A stretch of DNA of 57,265 bases from an uncultured virus (IMG/VR IMGVR_UViG_2879039326_000005) (IMGVR_UViG_2879039326_000005), one strand, 5' to 3'; counted from the stretch's first letter, positions 17,331 through 25,405 are shown. A program made the numbers and translations. Notes: generated by a model from the sequence alone, not told the origin.

Positions 17331-18473
17331 TCAGTAGTTGATGGTCAGGTGGGCGATCTTGTTGCTGGCGATGATCTTGATGAGTGTGATGGCTTTCGCC
17401 TCTTCAATGCCCAGGCCCATGAGGTCCATCAAGATGGACTGGTTGATGGTGCGGCGGTGCTCCACATCTGCGGCGCGAGCTGCGTCTGCCTCTACTTTCA
17501 GGCGCTGCTCTTCGGCTATGCGCTGGCGCTCCTGCTCGGCGGCTTGTGCGGCTACAGCTTCGGCATGAAGCGCCGCTTTGCGCTCAGCCTCCTGTCGGCG
17601 CAGTTCTGCCTGCTCTGCTTCGGCAATGCGGCGGGCTTCTGCCTGCTGGCGAGCCAGTTCTGAGGCTTCGGAATCTCGCCGAGCTTGCTCCGCTGCCTGC
17701 TGGGCAGCCTGGGCTTGGCGCTGCGCCTCCAGCTCACGATGCTGGGCAGCTTCACGCTCCAGGCGCTGGCGATTCTCTTCCTGGAGGCGAGCCTGCTCAG
17801 CCGCCTGCTCGGCTATCAGGCGCTCGCGGTCGATGCGTTCCTGTTCGATCTGCTTCTTGCGAAGCTCCTCCAGCTCCGCCTGCTCGGCTTCGTACTTCTG
17901 ACGGGTAGCCAGCGCCTCACCAAGGCGCTTGGTGGCCAGTTCCTTGGCCACAGTCGCCTGGGGCAGCAGCTCCTGCCAGCTATCGTCCAGCGCGGTCTGC
18001 TCGACCTCCAGCAGCATGGCCTGCAGGTCGGTCGCAGCGATTTCGATACTGGCTGCAGACCCCAGCTCATTGAGTCGAGCCAGCCGAGCTTGCAGGGCAT
18101 CAACCCGGGCGGCTTCTGCCTCTTCATACTGGGTGAGCGGGGCGCGCACTTCGTCTTTCAGTGCGTCCAGGGTGTCGCGGATCACCTTGCGGTTGGCGTC
18201 GATTCGCTTGGGAATTTCTTTGTACTTATCAACCAATTCCTTGCCGAGGCCATCCAGATAGGTCTTGGTCTTGGCGACGGCATAGGCAACGCTGGCGATC
18301 TCCTTGCGCCCCTTGGCGGTGGTCACATCAGGCACCAGGCTTGCAGCCTGCTTGCGAATATCGTCCAGCATGGCGTCAATGCCATCCCCTTTGGTGAACA
18401 GGGTGACAGCGGCGGTGGGTTCGATGACAACCAGTTGGGTCTGGGCGGTGTCGGTCTTGGCTTGTTCGGTCAT
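17331..18473 (-). CDS. Coiled-coil phage protein of the recombination module
   Basis: VPDVTTAKGRKEIASVAYAVAKTKT N-terminus, Ala/Glu/Gln-rich repeats; follows recT. Confidence 0.8.
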   Translation of the reverse strand: MTEQAKTDTAQTQLVVIEPTAAVTLFTKGDGIDAMLDDIRKQAASLVPDVTTAKGRKEIASVAYAVAKTKTYLDGLGKELVDKYKEIPKRIDANRKVIRDTLDALKDEVRAPLTQYEEAEAARVDALQARLARLNELGSAASIEIAATDLQAMLLEVEQTALDDSWQELLPQATVAKELATKRLGEALATRQKYEAEQAELEELRKKQIEQERIDRERLIAEQAAEQARLQEENRQRLEREAAQHRELEAQRQAQAAQQAAEQARRDSEASELARQQAEARRIAEAEQAELRRQEAERKAALHAEAVAAQAAEQERQRIAEEQRLKVEADAARAADVEHRRTINQSILMDLMGLGIEEAKAITLIKIIASNKIAHLTINY

Positions 18474-18492
18474 GTCGGGGTCCTTACTCAAT

Positions 18493-18517
18493 AAAAAAGC
18501 CCGCTGGTTGGCGGGCT
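18493..18517 (-). terminator. Intrinsic terminator after recT
   Basis: AAAAAAGCCCGC-TGGTTG-GCGGGCT. Confidence 0.7.
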
Positions 18518-18524
18518 GGATGGG

Positions 18525-19502
18525 TTATTGCTGGGTGCTGTTCCCTGCGTCGATCTGCTTCTTGCGCTCGCCTGCCACCTGCTTAATGCCTTTCTCGATC
18601 ACCTTGTCGCCGGTTTCACTGGCCCAGGCCCAGGCGGCGGTGTAGGCCCGCTGCCACTCAGGGGTATCGCTGGCCCCCTCGATGGCGGCGCAGTGGTCGG
18701 CGTAGGCGCTGGAGTGGTCAACCGGTTCGCCCGCATCAACCACCTGCTGCGGCTCTGGCTGTGGCTGAGGTTCTGCCTCAATCACCGGCCGCTGTGTGCG
18801 CATGGCATCAAGAGTGCGGTTGCCGGATGGCTGCGGCGTTACATCCCGCTCGATCCGCTCACCGTCGAACTCGTCCGGCGTGTATACGCCCATGATGACG
18901 TCCGGACAGTAGAGGCGCGCCCAGCGCTTGGTGGCCAGATAAGCCAGCTGCTGGCGCGGGTCATCCGCCCAGAGCGTGGAGTTGCGGGTTCGCGCCTGAG
19001 CCAAGAACAGCTCCAGCACCCGCGGCTCATCCTCGCCCTTGATGGTGGCCCAGACCTTGATACCAAGGCCTTCTTCATCTTTCAGCTCCCAGCCAGGGAC
19101 ACGGTATTCACCCTTATCCCCCTTTCTGATATCGAACTTGCCGATCACCTTGCTCCAATCCCCGAACCAATCGAAGTGGAGGCGGTCTTTGGTGGGGGCG
19201 AGTGCGGTGATCACGGCGTTGACCAGCTGCGCCTCATAGCCAATCTTGCCGGATACGAAGTGGGTCTTTTGCGCCACAGCGAACGGGTTCATCCCCCACT
19301 GTACCGCCTGCATCACTACTGCCAGGCAGTCGCCTGGGCTGTTGCGGTATTCCTGCGGGATGGTTGCCTTGCCGGTGGCCATGATGTTGGCGAGGCTCAC
19401 CATGGAGTTCATGCTTGCCACGTCGAGGGTGAGGTTTTGCCCCATTCCCTGCGGCGCAACTGCTGTTTGCTGGCTGCCGCACTCGGCAATCTGGTTGTTC
19501 AC
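18525..19502 (-). CDS. recT: RecT-family single-strand annealing protein
   Basis: PGDCLAVVMQAVQWGMNPFAVAQKT...WADDPRQQLAY..KRWARLYCPDVIMGVY; GTG start at 19502. Confidence 0.85.
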   Translation of the reverse strand: MNNQIAECGSQQTAVAPQGMGQNLTLDVASMNSMVSLANIMATGKATIPQEYRNSPGDCLAVVMQAVQWGMNPFAVAQKTHFVSGKIGYEAQLVNAVITALAPTKDRLHFDWFGDWSKVIGKFDIRKGDKGEYRVPGWELKDEEGLGIKVWATIKGEDEPRVLELFLAQARTRNSTLWADDPRQQLAYLATKRWARLYCPDVIMGVYTPDEFDGERIERDVTPQPSGNRTLDAMRTQRPVIEAEPQPQPEPQQVVDAGEPVDHSSAYADHCAAIEGASDTPEWQRAYTAAWAWASETGDKVIEKGIKQVAGERKKQIDAGNSTQQ

Positions 19503-20341
19503 GCTGCTCTCCTTGCCCATGCTGGGCGGGTAAGTGGTATCAGGTCGTGCCAGTCGTTGTTGACGCGGCACTCGTGGAATTTCTGCAGGTCGCGGCGGTA
19601 GAGGTCTTTGCCTGACTCTTTCCACTCAGGCTCTAGCGGGCGAACCCGTACCGGGTAGCGGCCACACTCAATGGATGAGCTGACTGCCAGAAAGATGAAG
19701 TCAGGCCATTCGCCGTAAATCTCGCGAAAGCCATCGGAATACATGGCGTCTTGGACGTGGTAGCGGAACTCCTCGACGTGGCGCTCGAAGCGGGTCATGT
19801 CGTCCACCTTCTTCACGTCGGCGAGGATGGGGAAGTTGCTGAGCTTCTTGTCTGGGCGGCAGCGGCAGAGCTCTTCTGTCTCCCGGTCAGTCCAGTAGAG
19901 CGATCCCTCACAGATGCCATCCTGCTCCAGTAGCCATCTGGCGTCAGGGTGGGCAAACACGCTCTCACGCATCAGCTGCAGCTTGCGCCCCTCCTCGGCA
20001 GCCATGATGGTCTTGCCCAACTCGGAGCAGTTGGCCATGAACTCCTTCTCTTCCTCCTTACCTGCGTTGGTGCGGCGGTTGAACTCAGGGGCGATTATGA
20101 ATCGATCCTTGAAATCCTCCGGCTCCAGCAGCAGGCAGTGCAGGGCGGTACCCATATCCAGCGCCTTGAGCTTTTCATCGTCAACCGGCGCGCTCTTGCG
20201 CCAGGTGTAGGTAGCTGGGCTCTCGGCGATGTCGTCGAGCTGGGATTTACTGACTCCAGGGCCAGAGTGGTACTCCTCATTGGAGAGGCCCAGCACCAGC
20301 CCCTGCGGCAGGGCCAGGCTGGTATCGACGGCGGCGTTCAT
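19499..20341 (-). CDS. recE: RecE/exonuclease VIII-like PD-(D/E)XK nuclease
   Basis: NEEYH..GVSKSQLD, GTALHCLLLEP, CRCRPD, DVKK, YHVQDAMY. Confidence 0.9.
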   Translation of the reverse strand: MNAAVDTSLALPQGLVLGLSNEEYHSGPGVSKSQLDDIAESPATYTWRKSAPVDDEKLKALDMGTALHCLLLEPEDFKDRFIIAPEFNRRTNAGKEEEKEFMANCSELGKTIMAAEEGRKLQLMRESVFAHPDARWLLEQDGICEGSLYWTDRETEELCRCRPDKKLSNFPILADVKKVDDMTRFERHVEEFRYHVQDAMYSDGFREIYGEWPDFIFLAVSSSIECGRYPVRVRPLEPEWKESGKDLYRRDLQKFHECRVNNDWHDLIPLTRPAWARRAA

Positions 20342-20556
20342 GCGGGATCTCCTTGTGAATCGTTGTTCAGCCGCGCCCAGGTCAGGTGCAGTCGGTCTTC
20401 GTCGTAGCTCTGCACACCTCCCAGCTCGCACTGGATAACGACTTCGCCATCGCTGCGGCTTACCTCGCGTCCTTTTCGGCCGCTCAGCAGGTTGACGTGG
20501 GTGTAGGGCGCAGTCTTGACGCCGTAGTAACTGGCGCTATCTGGTGCGGCGTTCAT
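20338..20556 (-). CDS. Hypothetical phage protein
   Basis: ATGA-coupled ORF. Confidence 0.55.
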   Translation of the reverse strand: MNAAPDSASYYGVKTAPYTHVNLLSGRKGREVSRSDGEVVIQCELGGVQSYDEDRLHLTWARLNNDSQGDPA

Positions 20557-20708
20557 GCGGTACCGCCTTTATCATCCCGTTGGCGCGAGACCTTGCGATC
20601 GCACCCAATCATCTGGTGGAATACCCAGGGAGCGAAGCGCCCCAATCTAATGCCTGACCACTCGCTGAAATTCCATGCCTGAGCCCACAACGACCTCCAT
20701 GCGTTCAT
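20553..20708 (-). CDS. Trp-rich small protein (MNAWRSLWAQAWNFSEWSG..., 51 aa)
   Basis: Read manually; ATGA-coupled at both ends. Confidence 0.55.
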   Translation of the reverse strand: MNAWRSLWAQAWNFSEWSGIRLGRFAPWVFHQMIGCDRKVSRQRDDKGGTA

Positions 20709-21166
20709 GCTGCACCTCCTGCTAAGGCTGCAACAGCGATGCCGCGCGCATAGTCTATTCGGCGACAGTAAATATCCTTTATGCGAGATATATCCTCGTC
20801 TGCTAAAGCATCAAGCCACCCTTCGATTAACGCCCCTTCAAAGCAGTCGTAGATCTCGGATAGCTTTGCCAGCAGCTCGTCGCGCTGGCGTGTCATTTCT
20901 ATTCTGAACCGCACCTCACCGGCATGAGCAAGGTGGTGGCGCTCCAATTCTTCGGTTGGGACTCCTCGCAACGCATTCACGCAGGCCACAATGCGGCGGG
21001 CGTTGGCGCACATTTCATCTGATATATCGGTCGGCAGGCCCTTGCGGTCACGTGGGGCGTCTAGGGGCATCATCTTAGCTACATACCCTTTGCCGCCCAC
21101 CTTTGATACGAAAATCAGGTCACCTGGTGGTAGGTACCAAGGCTCCGGTGTGTGCTTTATGGTCAT
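20705..21166 (-). CDS. Hypothetical phage protein (HTPEPW...ANARRIVAC family)
   Basis: Coupled ORF with AGGAG RBS. Confidence 0.7.
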   Translation of the reverse strand: MTIKHTPEPWYLPPGDLIFVSKVGGKGYVAKMMPLDAPRDRKGLPTDISDEMCANARRIVACVNALRGVPTEELERHHLAHAGEVRFRIEMTRQRDELLAKLSEIYDCFEGALIEGWLDALADEDISRIKDIYCRRIDYARGIAVAALAGGAA

Positions 21167-21525
21167 GCTGCGCTCCTGTCCTGGTACTGCTCCCATTGGT
21201 CCTCGCTCATGGCGTTGTGCAGGGCGGCAACGTGGTCGTTCCAGGCGGCCTTTGCCAACTCGACAAGCCCAGCGTCAACCACCTGCTGGATGAACTGCTT
21301 CAGTTGCGCATCATCACCGCCGAGCATGCGGCAGATGGCAAGGTTGTATTGGCGGTGCTGGTCGCTGCCGAGCTCGCCCAGCAGGGTTGCTGGGTCTGTT
21401 TCAAGCAGGCCGACCAGCAGGAGTGGTCTATTGCTCTCAACCCACTCGGCGACCCACTCAGCTTCGGCGTTGGCCTCGGCTTCGCGGCTCTCCAGCAGGG
21501 CGAGCAGGGTGGTTTCGTTTGTCAT
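21163..21525 (-). CDS. Acidic hypothetical phage protein
   Basis: Coupled ORF; strong codon bias. Confidence 0.7.
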   Translation of the reverse strand: MTNETTLLALLESREAEANAEAEWVAEWVESNRPLLLVGLLETDPATLLGELGSDQHRQYNLAICRMLGGDDAQLKQFIQQVVDAGLVELAKAAWNDHVAALHNAMSEDQWEQYQDRSAA

Positions 21526-22016
21526 AATTGACCTCTCAGAACCTGCTTTATTGAGCGTCCGGTGCCAGCCTCGACAGGCTCTTTCCTGCCGTATTCTCGC
21601 TTGGTGGCTGCATGACTCTTGCAGCAGGAGCGAGCCCAGCCCCTGCTAAGGTCTGCTATGCGAGCCGTATATTTGGTGCCACACCAACACACCAAAGTGA
21701 CCTTCGTGCCGCGAGTTTCTTTGACGGCGAGAGGCGAGTTATAAACAGCCCCCTCGACCGCTGAATCTCCGCGGCGATCCAGCTCCGCATCAAAAATCTC
21801 AACCCACTGCTCCCATTTCCAGATGTCGCAGGTGAAACTGGCTGTCTTGCTGGCGCGATGTGCAGCTCTGCGAGCCCCCTTTAGGTGGGTTGGCGTCATG
21901 CTTGACACGGCAATGACTTCTCCGTCAGATGTCATCCACTCACCATGGGCTAGCCCATCTTCGTATGGGTCGTATTCGACCTCATATCCGCCACAGCTTT
22001 CTGTTCCTTGGCCCAT
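21522..22016 (-). CDS. Hypothetical phage protein with C-terminal Cys motif
   Basis: CWCG..Y.AR.ADLSRGWARSCCKSHAA. Confidence 0.65.
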   Translation of the reverse strand: MGQGTESCGGYEVEYDPYEDGLAHGEWMTSDGEVIAVSSMTPTHLKGARRAAHRASKTASFTCDIWKWEQWVEIFDAELDRRGDSAVEGAVYNSPLAVKETRGTKVTLVCWCGTKYTARIADLSRGWARSCCKSHAATKREYGRKEPVEAGTGRSIKQVLRGQL

Positions 22017-22018
22017 GG

Positions 22019-22210
22019 CTACATCTCCATTTCAAGCCTCAACGCCCGCTGTTCTTGATGCACCTCGATGGCGCGGCGGGTGGAGGCTTTATTGCGGGCC
22101 ATCCGTACCTGTTCGGCGGATGGGGCGGCGTCTACGTGGTACTTGCGGCGAGTTGGTGGCACCATCGCACCGCGAAAGCCCATCACCTGGGCTTCGGTCA
22201 GGTTTTTCAT
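22019..22210 (-). CDS. Small basic hypothetical protein
   Basis: GAGGACCCCGACT-ATG start context. Confidence 0.6.
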   Translation of the reverse strand: MKNLTEAQVMGFRGAMVPPTRRKYHVDAAPSAEQVRMARNKASTRRAIEVHQEQRALRLEMEM

Positions 22211-22494
22211 AGTCGGGGTCCTCTTGGTTATCCGAAGGCAGCCACAGCTTCGACGCTATGTTGCTGCCAGCTCCACTGGAGCCGCCTTGGGATACCCGCT
22301 GCTGCCAGCGGGTGGGTTATTGGATTGGCCGCTTCTAACGGCTGTCGGTTACATCGTTCGCACTCCCTGTTGTGTTTGGCAGGTAAAAGACGAGTGATAA
22401 ATCGTTCACCTTCACGCACCGCTTTCCGGTTTTAACGGGGTATCGGCGCATCCCTACCGGCATTGGGATTCGTGGTTGTGAGCCGGTTCCAGAC

Positions 22495-22506
22495 TGTTAA
22501 AGAGCG
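22495..22506 (-). promoter_or_regulatory. boxA antitermination element
   Basis: CGCTCTTTAACA on the minus strand, matching the extended boxA consensus. Confidence 0.7.
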
Positions 22507-22608
22507 TGCTCAGCCGAATTTGGCGTGAGCGGAGCCAAAGCAACCTTGCGGTGCTTGATAAAGAGGCTTTGGCTACGGCGCTATCAGGGAAGCGCCAGAC
22601 CCGAGAAA

Positions 22609-22854
22609 TCAGACGGCGTTACGGTGGAACTCGGTGCGCCAGTGGAGGAGGGCGCTGTACTTGGTGAAGCCAGTGGTGCGCAGTTGGGCGGCGCGGGCGG
22701 CAACGATGTGATGCTGTTCGGTCTGCATCATGGCCACATGGAGGCGCTGCTTGATGGCGCGGCGGCGGGCCGCATTACCGTTCAGTCGGTCGGCGATAGA
22801 GGCAATGACTTTGTCGGCTCGATTCGCGGCTCTGGAAAAAATGTTCTGGGTCAT
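22609..22854 (-). CDS. First gene of the leftward operon; candidate N-like antiterminator
   Basis: AGGAG RBS; Arg-rich NAARRRAIKQR; syntenic with lambdoid N. Confidence 0.5.
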   Translation of the reverse strand: MTQNIFSRAANRADKVIASIADRLNGNAARRRAIKQRLHVAMMQTEQHHIVAARAAQLRTTGFTKYSALLHWRTEFHRNAV

Positions 22855-22977
22855 GGTACATTTACTCCTATTGGCGAGTTGGTCCTCGCTGATTCCCACC
22901 GGTTTAGGCTGGTCGGGGTCCTGATTGCCGGGGTTGGTCCCCTGGCATTCTGATTGGGGTGGTACCCCAGTCCTTCG

Positions 22978-22999
22978 AAGCCCGCCTTGTGCGGGCTTT
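22978..22999. terminator. Terminator-like hairpin in the leftward leader
   Basis: AAGCCCGC-CTTGT-GCGGGCTTT. Confidence 0.55.
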
Positions 23000-23010
23000 G
23001 TCGTTCTTAC

Positions 23011-23025
23011 GCGCTGGTCAGGCGC
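23011..23025 (-). promoter_or_regulatory. boxB-like hairpin (nutL candidate)
   Basis: GCGC-CTGACCA-GCGC on minus; same loop as 24662-24676. Confidence 0.55.
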
Positions 23026-23065
23026 TTGCCCTTGCGGGCGGGTCCTGATTACCGAGTGTCTAAAT

Positions 23066-23140
23066 TGGTCGGAGATACAGGGATCGAACCTGTGAAGCCC
23101 TCATCCCAAATGAGGTGGCATACCACTTGCCGAATCTCCG
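23066..23140 (-). tRNA. tRNA-Pro(TGG), phage-encoded
   Basis: Full cloverleaf: CGGAGAT/ATCTCCG acceptor, GGCA/TGCC D stem, CCTCA-TTTGGGA-TGAGG anticodon arm, ACAGG-TTCGATC-CCTGT T arm, A73 and CCA; 75 nt. Confidence 0.92.
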
Positions 23141-23209
23141 AAGTTGCCGGTTACCCTATCCGGCGTCTCTCGCTTCCGTTAAAGGCGGCCAGCGGAATGA
23201 CGGGTTTGT

Positions 23210-23350
23210 TGTGGTGGCCGGAGCTGATCCCGGCATGTGCTCGCTACGTGTAAACCACATAGCCCGTTACGTTTGCACTCGTTTGGTTGCGAACCGGTGG
23301 GTACTCAACTTTGCCACCCGATTGGCGCATCAGCCTGCGCATTCACCACA
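23210..23350 (-). ncRNA. C4-type antisense RNA
   Basis: TGTGGTGAATGCGCAGGCTGATGCGC ... GCCGGGATCAGCTCCGGCCACCACA: closing stem and two flanking hairpins characteristic of the P1/P7 C4 RNA family. Confidence 0.75.
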
Positions 23351-23555
23351 ACTGCGGATTGCACTGCCAGCTTGCACTTGCGCTCTCGGCCTGGACTTGA
23401 TACCGCGCCAATGCAATCCCAGTTATCTTCTGGCCTTTTACTCCGCCAGAGCGGGAGGTTTGTTACCCCAAGACCTTCACCACGATTGGCCGCCTTCCAC
23501 GCTGCCCCTTGCTGTTACCGGTCTTGGCTGTTCTGCCTTCCTCTTTGTTTAAGTG

Positions 23556-23630
23556 GTTAGGCAAAACTTACTGAATGCATGATAGGTAGTAATAACTAAC
23601 AAAGCAATAGGGTGGTAAGAAAATTTTAAC
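23556..23630. promoter_or_regulatory. OL-like operator triplet / pL region
   Basis: GTTAG-N6-CTTAC (23556), GGTAG-N6-CTAAC (23585), GTAAG-N6-TTAAC (23615); ~30-bp spacing. Confidence 0.7.
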
Positions 23631-23672
23631 TCCGTGAGCGAGTACCGCTCAGAACGGTAAAATGCAGGCAAG

Positions 23673-23701
23673 AAAAAGCCCGCCAATTGGCGGGCTGTTT
23701 T
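23673..23701 (-). terminator. Terminator downstream of cI
   Basis: AAAAAGCCCGCC-AATT-GGCGGGCT. Confidence 0.75.
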
Positions 23702-23717
23702 GCGGTGGAGTGTTGCC

Positions 23718-24356
23718 TTACGCTCTTCTCAGCTCAATCATTTTCCCTAGCACCAGTGCCTCACTGGCTTTCAGAAAACCAAAGTGCGGATCATCTACCA
23801 CCAAGTTCATGCCATCGAGCGCGCTCTTTGCCCTGAGCAGTAGGGCTTTATCGCCATGTCGCACCAGGGCGATGTCACCGGTCTCGAGCTTTCGCTGTTC
23901 AGGGCTCATGTCTATGACGATGAAATCACCGCTGTGTATCCCGCTGCCGGCCAGATCATCATTGGCTGCGACTACTGCGCACAGGTGACCGCCATCCTCT
24001 ACCACCAGGTGCCGCCCAGTATCAATCAGCGGGATGGCGTCGCTTGGATGGCTGACCATATCTTTCAGTTCCCAGATCGGCACTTTCGATATTTCTGCGC
24101 TGGAGGCGTATTCAGCGCTGTTTTTTCCGACGAACAGCCACACAGGGTCACAGCCTAGAACCCTTGATATTCCCAGTACGCTACTAATTCTCGGGTCGGT
24201 AGTGGTGCCTCGGATGATGGCGCTCAGCGTTGGTTTTGACAGGCCAGTTTTTCTAGCCAGGTCTGCTGGCTTAAGCCCTTTCTCATTCATCAGCTGCTGG
24301 AGTCTTTCGTTAAAGGAAGACATCAATTTCACCATATCGTTAGATTCAACAAACAT
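23718..24356 (-). CDS. cI: CI-like repressor (XRE HTH plus degenerate S24-like domain); true start may be 24335 or 24323
   Basis: FNERLQQLMNEKGLKPADLARKTGLSKPTLSAII; divergent from cro. Confidence 0.85.
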   Translation of the reverse strand: MFVESNDMVKLMSSFNERLQQLMNEKGLKPADLARKTGLSKPTLSAIIRGTTTDPRISSVLGISRVLGCDPVWLFVGKNSAEYASSAEISKVPIWELKDMVSHPSDAIPLIDTGRHLVVEDGGHLCAVVAANDDLAGSGIHSGDFIVIDMSPEQRKLETGDIALVRHGDKALLLRAKSALDGMNLVVDDPHFGFLKASEALVLGKMIELRRA

Positions 24357-24441
24357 AGATCATTATGCCTCTCCGATGGTTAGGTTTGTTTTTGTTGATT
24401 AGTTAGTTTGTTCTTACTAATATTGGTTGGTACAAACAAGA
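24339..24441. promoter_or_regulatory. OR-like operators / pR-pRM region
   Basis: GTTAG-N6-CTTAC at 24402-24417, GTTAG-N6-CAAAC at 24339-24354, partial sites near 24379 and 24426. Confidence 0.65.
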
Positions 24442-24450
24442 GGACCAACT

Positions 24451-24669
24451 ATGCACATCGACGAGCCAATCAAATTCTTTGGCAGTGCGGCAAAGGCCGC
24501 CAAGGCCATCGGTTACAACAGGGTCTGCTTCAACGACTGGAGAAAGAAGAACGGAGGCATTGTGTCCCCGAAAGCGGCTGCGCTGTTTGTGAGCGCAAGC
24601 AAGGGGGTGCTTGATTTCGGATTCAGCCACTACGCGAATGCAGAGGTAGATACAAAAGAGGCCGCCTGA
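24451..24669 (+). CDS. cro: Cro-like repressor
   Basis: IKFFGSAAKAAKAIGYNRVCFNDW HTH pattern; divergent from cI. Confidence 0.8.
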   Translation: MHIDEPIKFFGSAAKAAKAIGYNRVCFNDWRKKNGGIVSPKAAALFVSASKGVLDFGFSHYANAEVDTKEAA

Positions 24670-24676
24670 CCAGCGG
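24662..24676 (+). promoter_or_regulatory. boxB-like hairpin (nutR candidate)
   Basis: CCGC-CTGACCA-GCGG over the cro stop codon. Confidence 0.55.
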
Positions 24677-24749
24677 TCATCTATCAACAACCAACACCGA
24701 CCGGACCCCATATGACCAACTTGATCATCACCAACAGAGGACCGACACA

Positions 24750-25139
24750 ATGAGCAGAGCAGCCCTGCCTGATCACGAAAACATGAGCACCATTTCACCC
24801 CTACGAGTGCGCGGAACGCCCGCGTTTCGCCACGTATGCCAAGAAATCGGCTCAGAGTACAACCTGACTGAAACCGCATTTGCCCGCACCTCGCTGCTGA
24901 TCCTGCTCAAAGCCATATCACAGCATGAGCCCGGCATATTGGCGAGAGCCGTTAAACGCGCCAATCGAAGCCTCATTGAACAAGGATTTCCGCCCGTCAC
25001 CGAGGAGGAGATCCTGAATGGCTCCGGACTGCCAGAGCGGGGGCTGCTGCAGTTCAGCCAAGAGGATGAGGCCATCTACGACGAAGAGCGGCCCAAACGC
25101 CCCCTGCAAAGACTCGTCAATTTCGTTCTCGGGAGATAA
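24750..25139 (+). CDS. Hypothetical protein at the CII position
   Basis: GAGG RBS; directly after cro. Confidence 0.65.
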   Translation: MSRAALPDHENMSTISPLRVRGTPAFRHVCQEIGSEYNLTETAFARTSLLILLKAISQHEPGILARAVKRANRSLIEQGFPPVTEEEILNGSGLPERGLLQFSQEDEAIYDEERPKRPLQRLVNFVLGR

Positions 25140-25143
25140 CGCC

Positions 25144-25356
25144 ATGAAAATCAGACCACCGCGCCCAGCATCACAGCACGTCAGCGACCGCGACAACATC
25201 GTTTTGAAAGCCGTCATGCACGAGCTGGCCCTGGCTATCGATGAGCCACTGATCACAACCGCCCAAGCCGCAGGCACCGATCGGCAAGCCGCTCGCCTGG
25301 CTCGCGAGCTGCAGGCCCGCACCGTTGAGCGTGCAGAGACGCAGCACAGCGCATAA
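25144..25356 (+). CDS. Hypothetical phage protein
   Basis: GGAG RBS; ATG 25144. Confidence 0.6.
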   Translation: MKIRPPRPASQHVSDRDNIVLKAVMHELALAIDEPLITTAQAAGTDRQAARLARELQARTVERAETQHSA

Positions 25357-25405
25357 CCACCCTTGTCCGATTAACCACCGGGCATTTGAATCAGGACCTC
25401 AGACA

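Noticed and set aside
22872..23050. CRISPR mini-array interpretation of the ~30-nt periodic motif
   Set aside because: The shared part is only 5-6 nt, there are no identical 23-47 bp repeats, and no cas genes are present.
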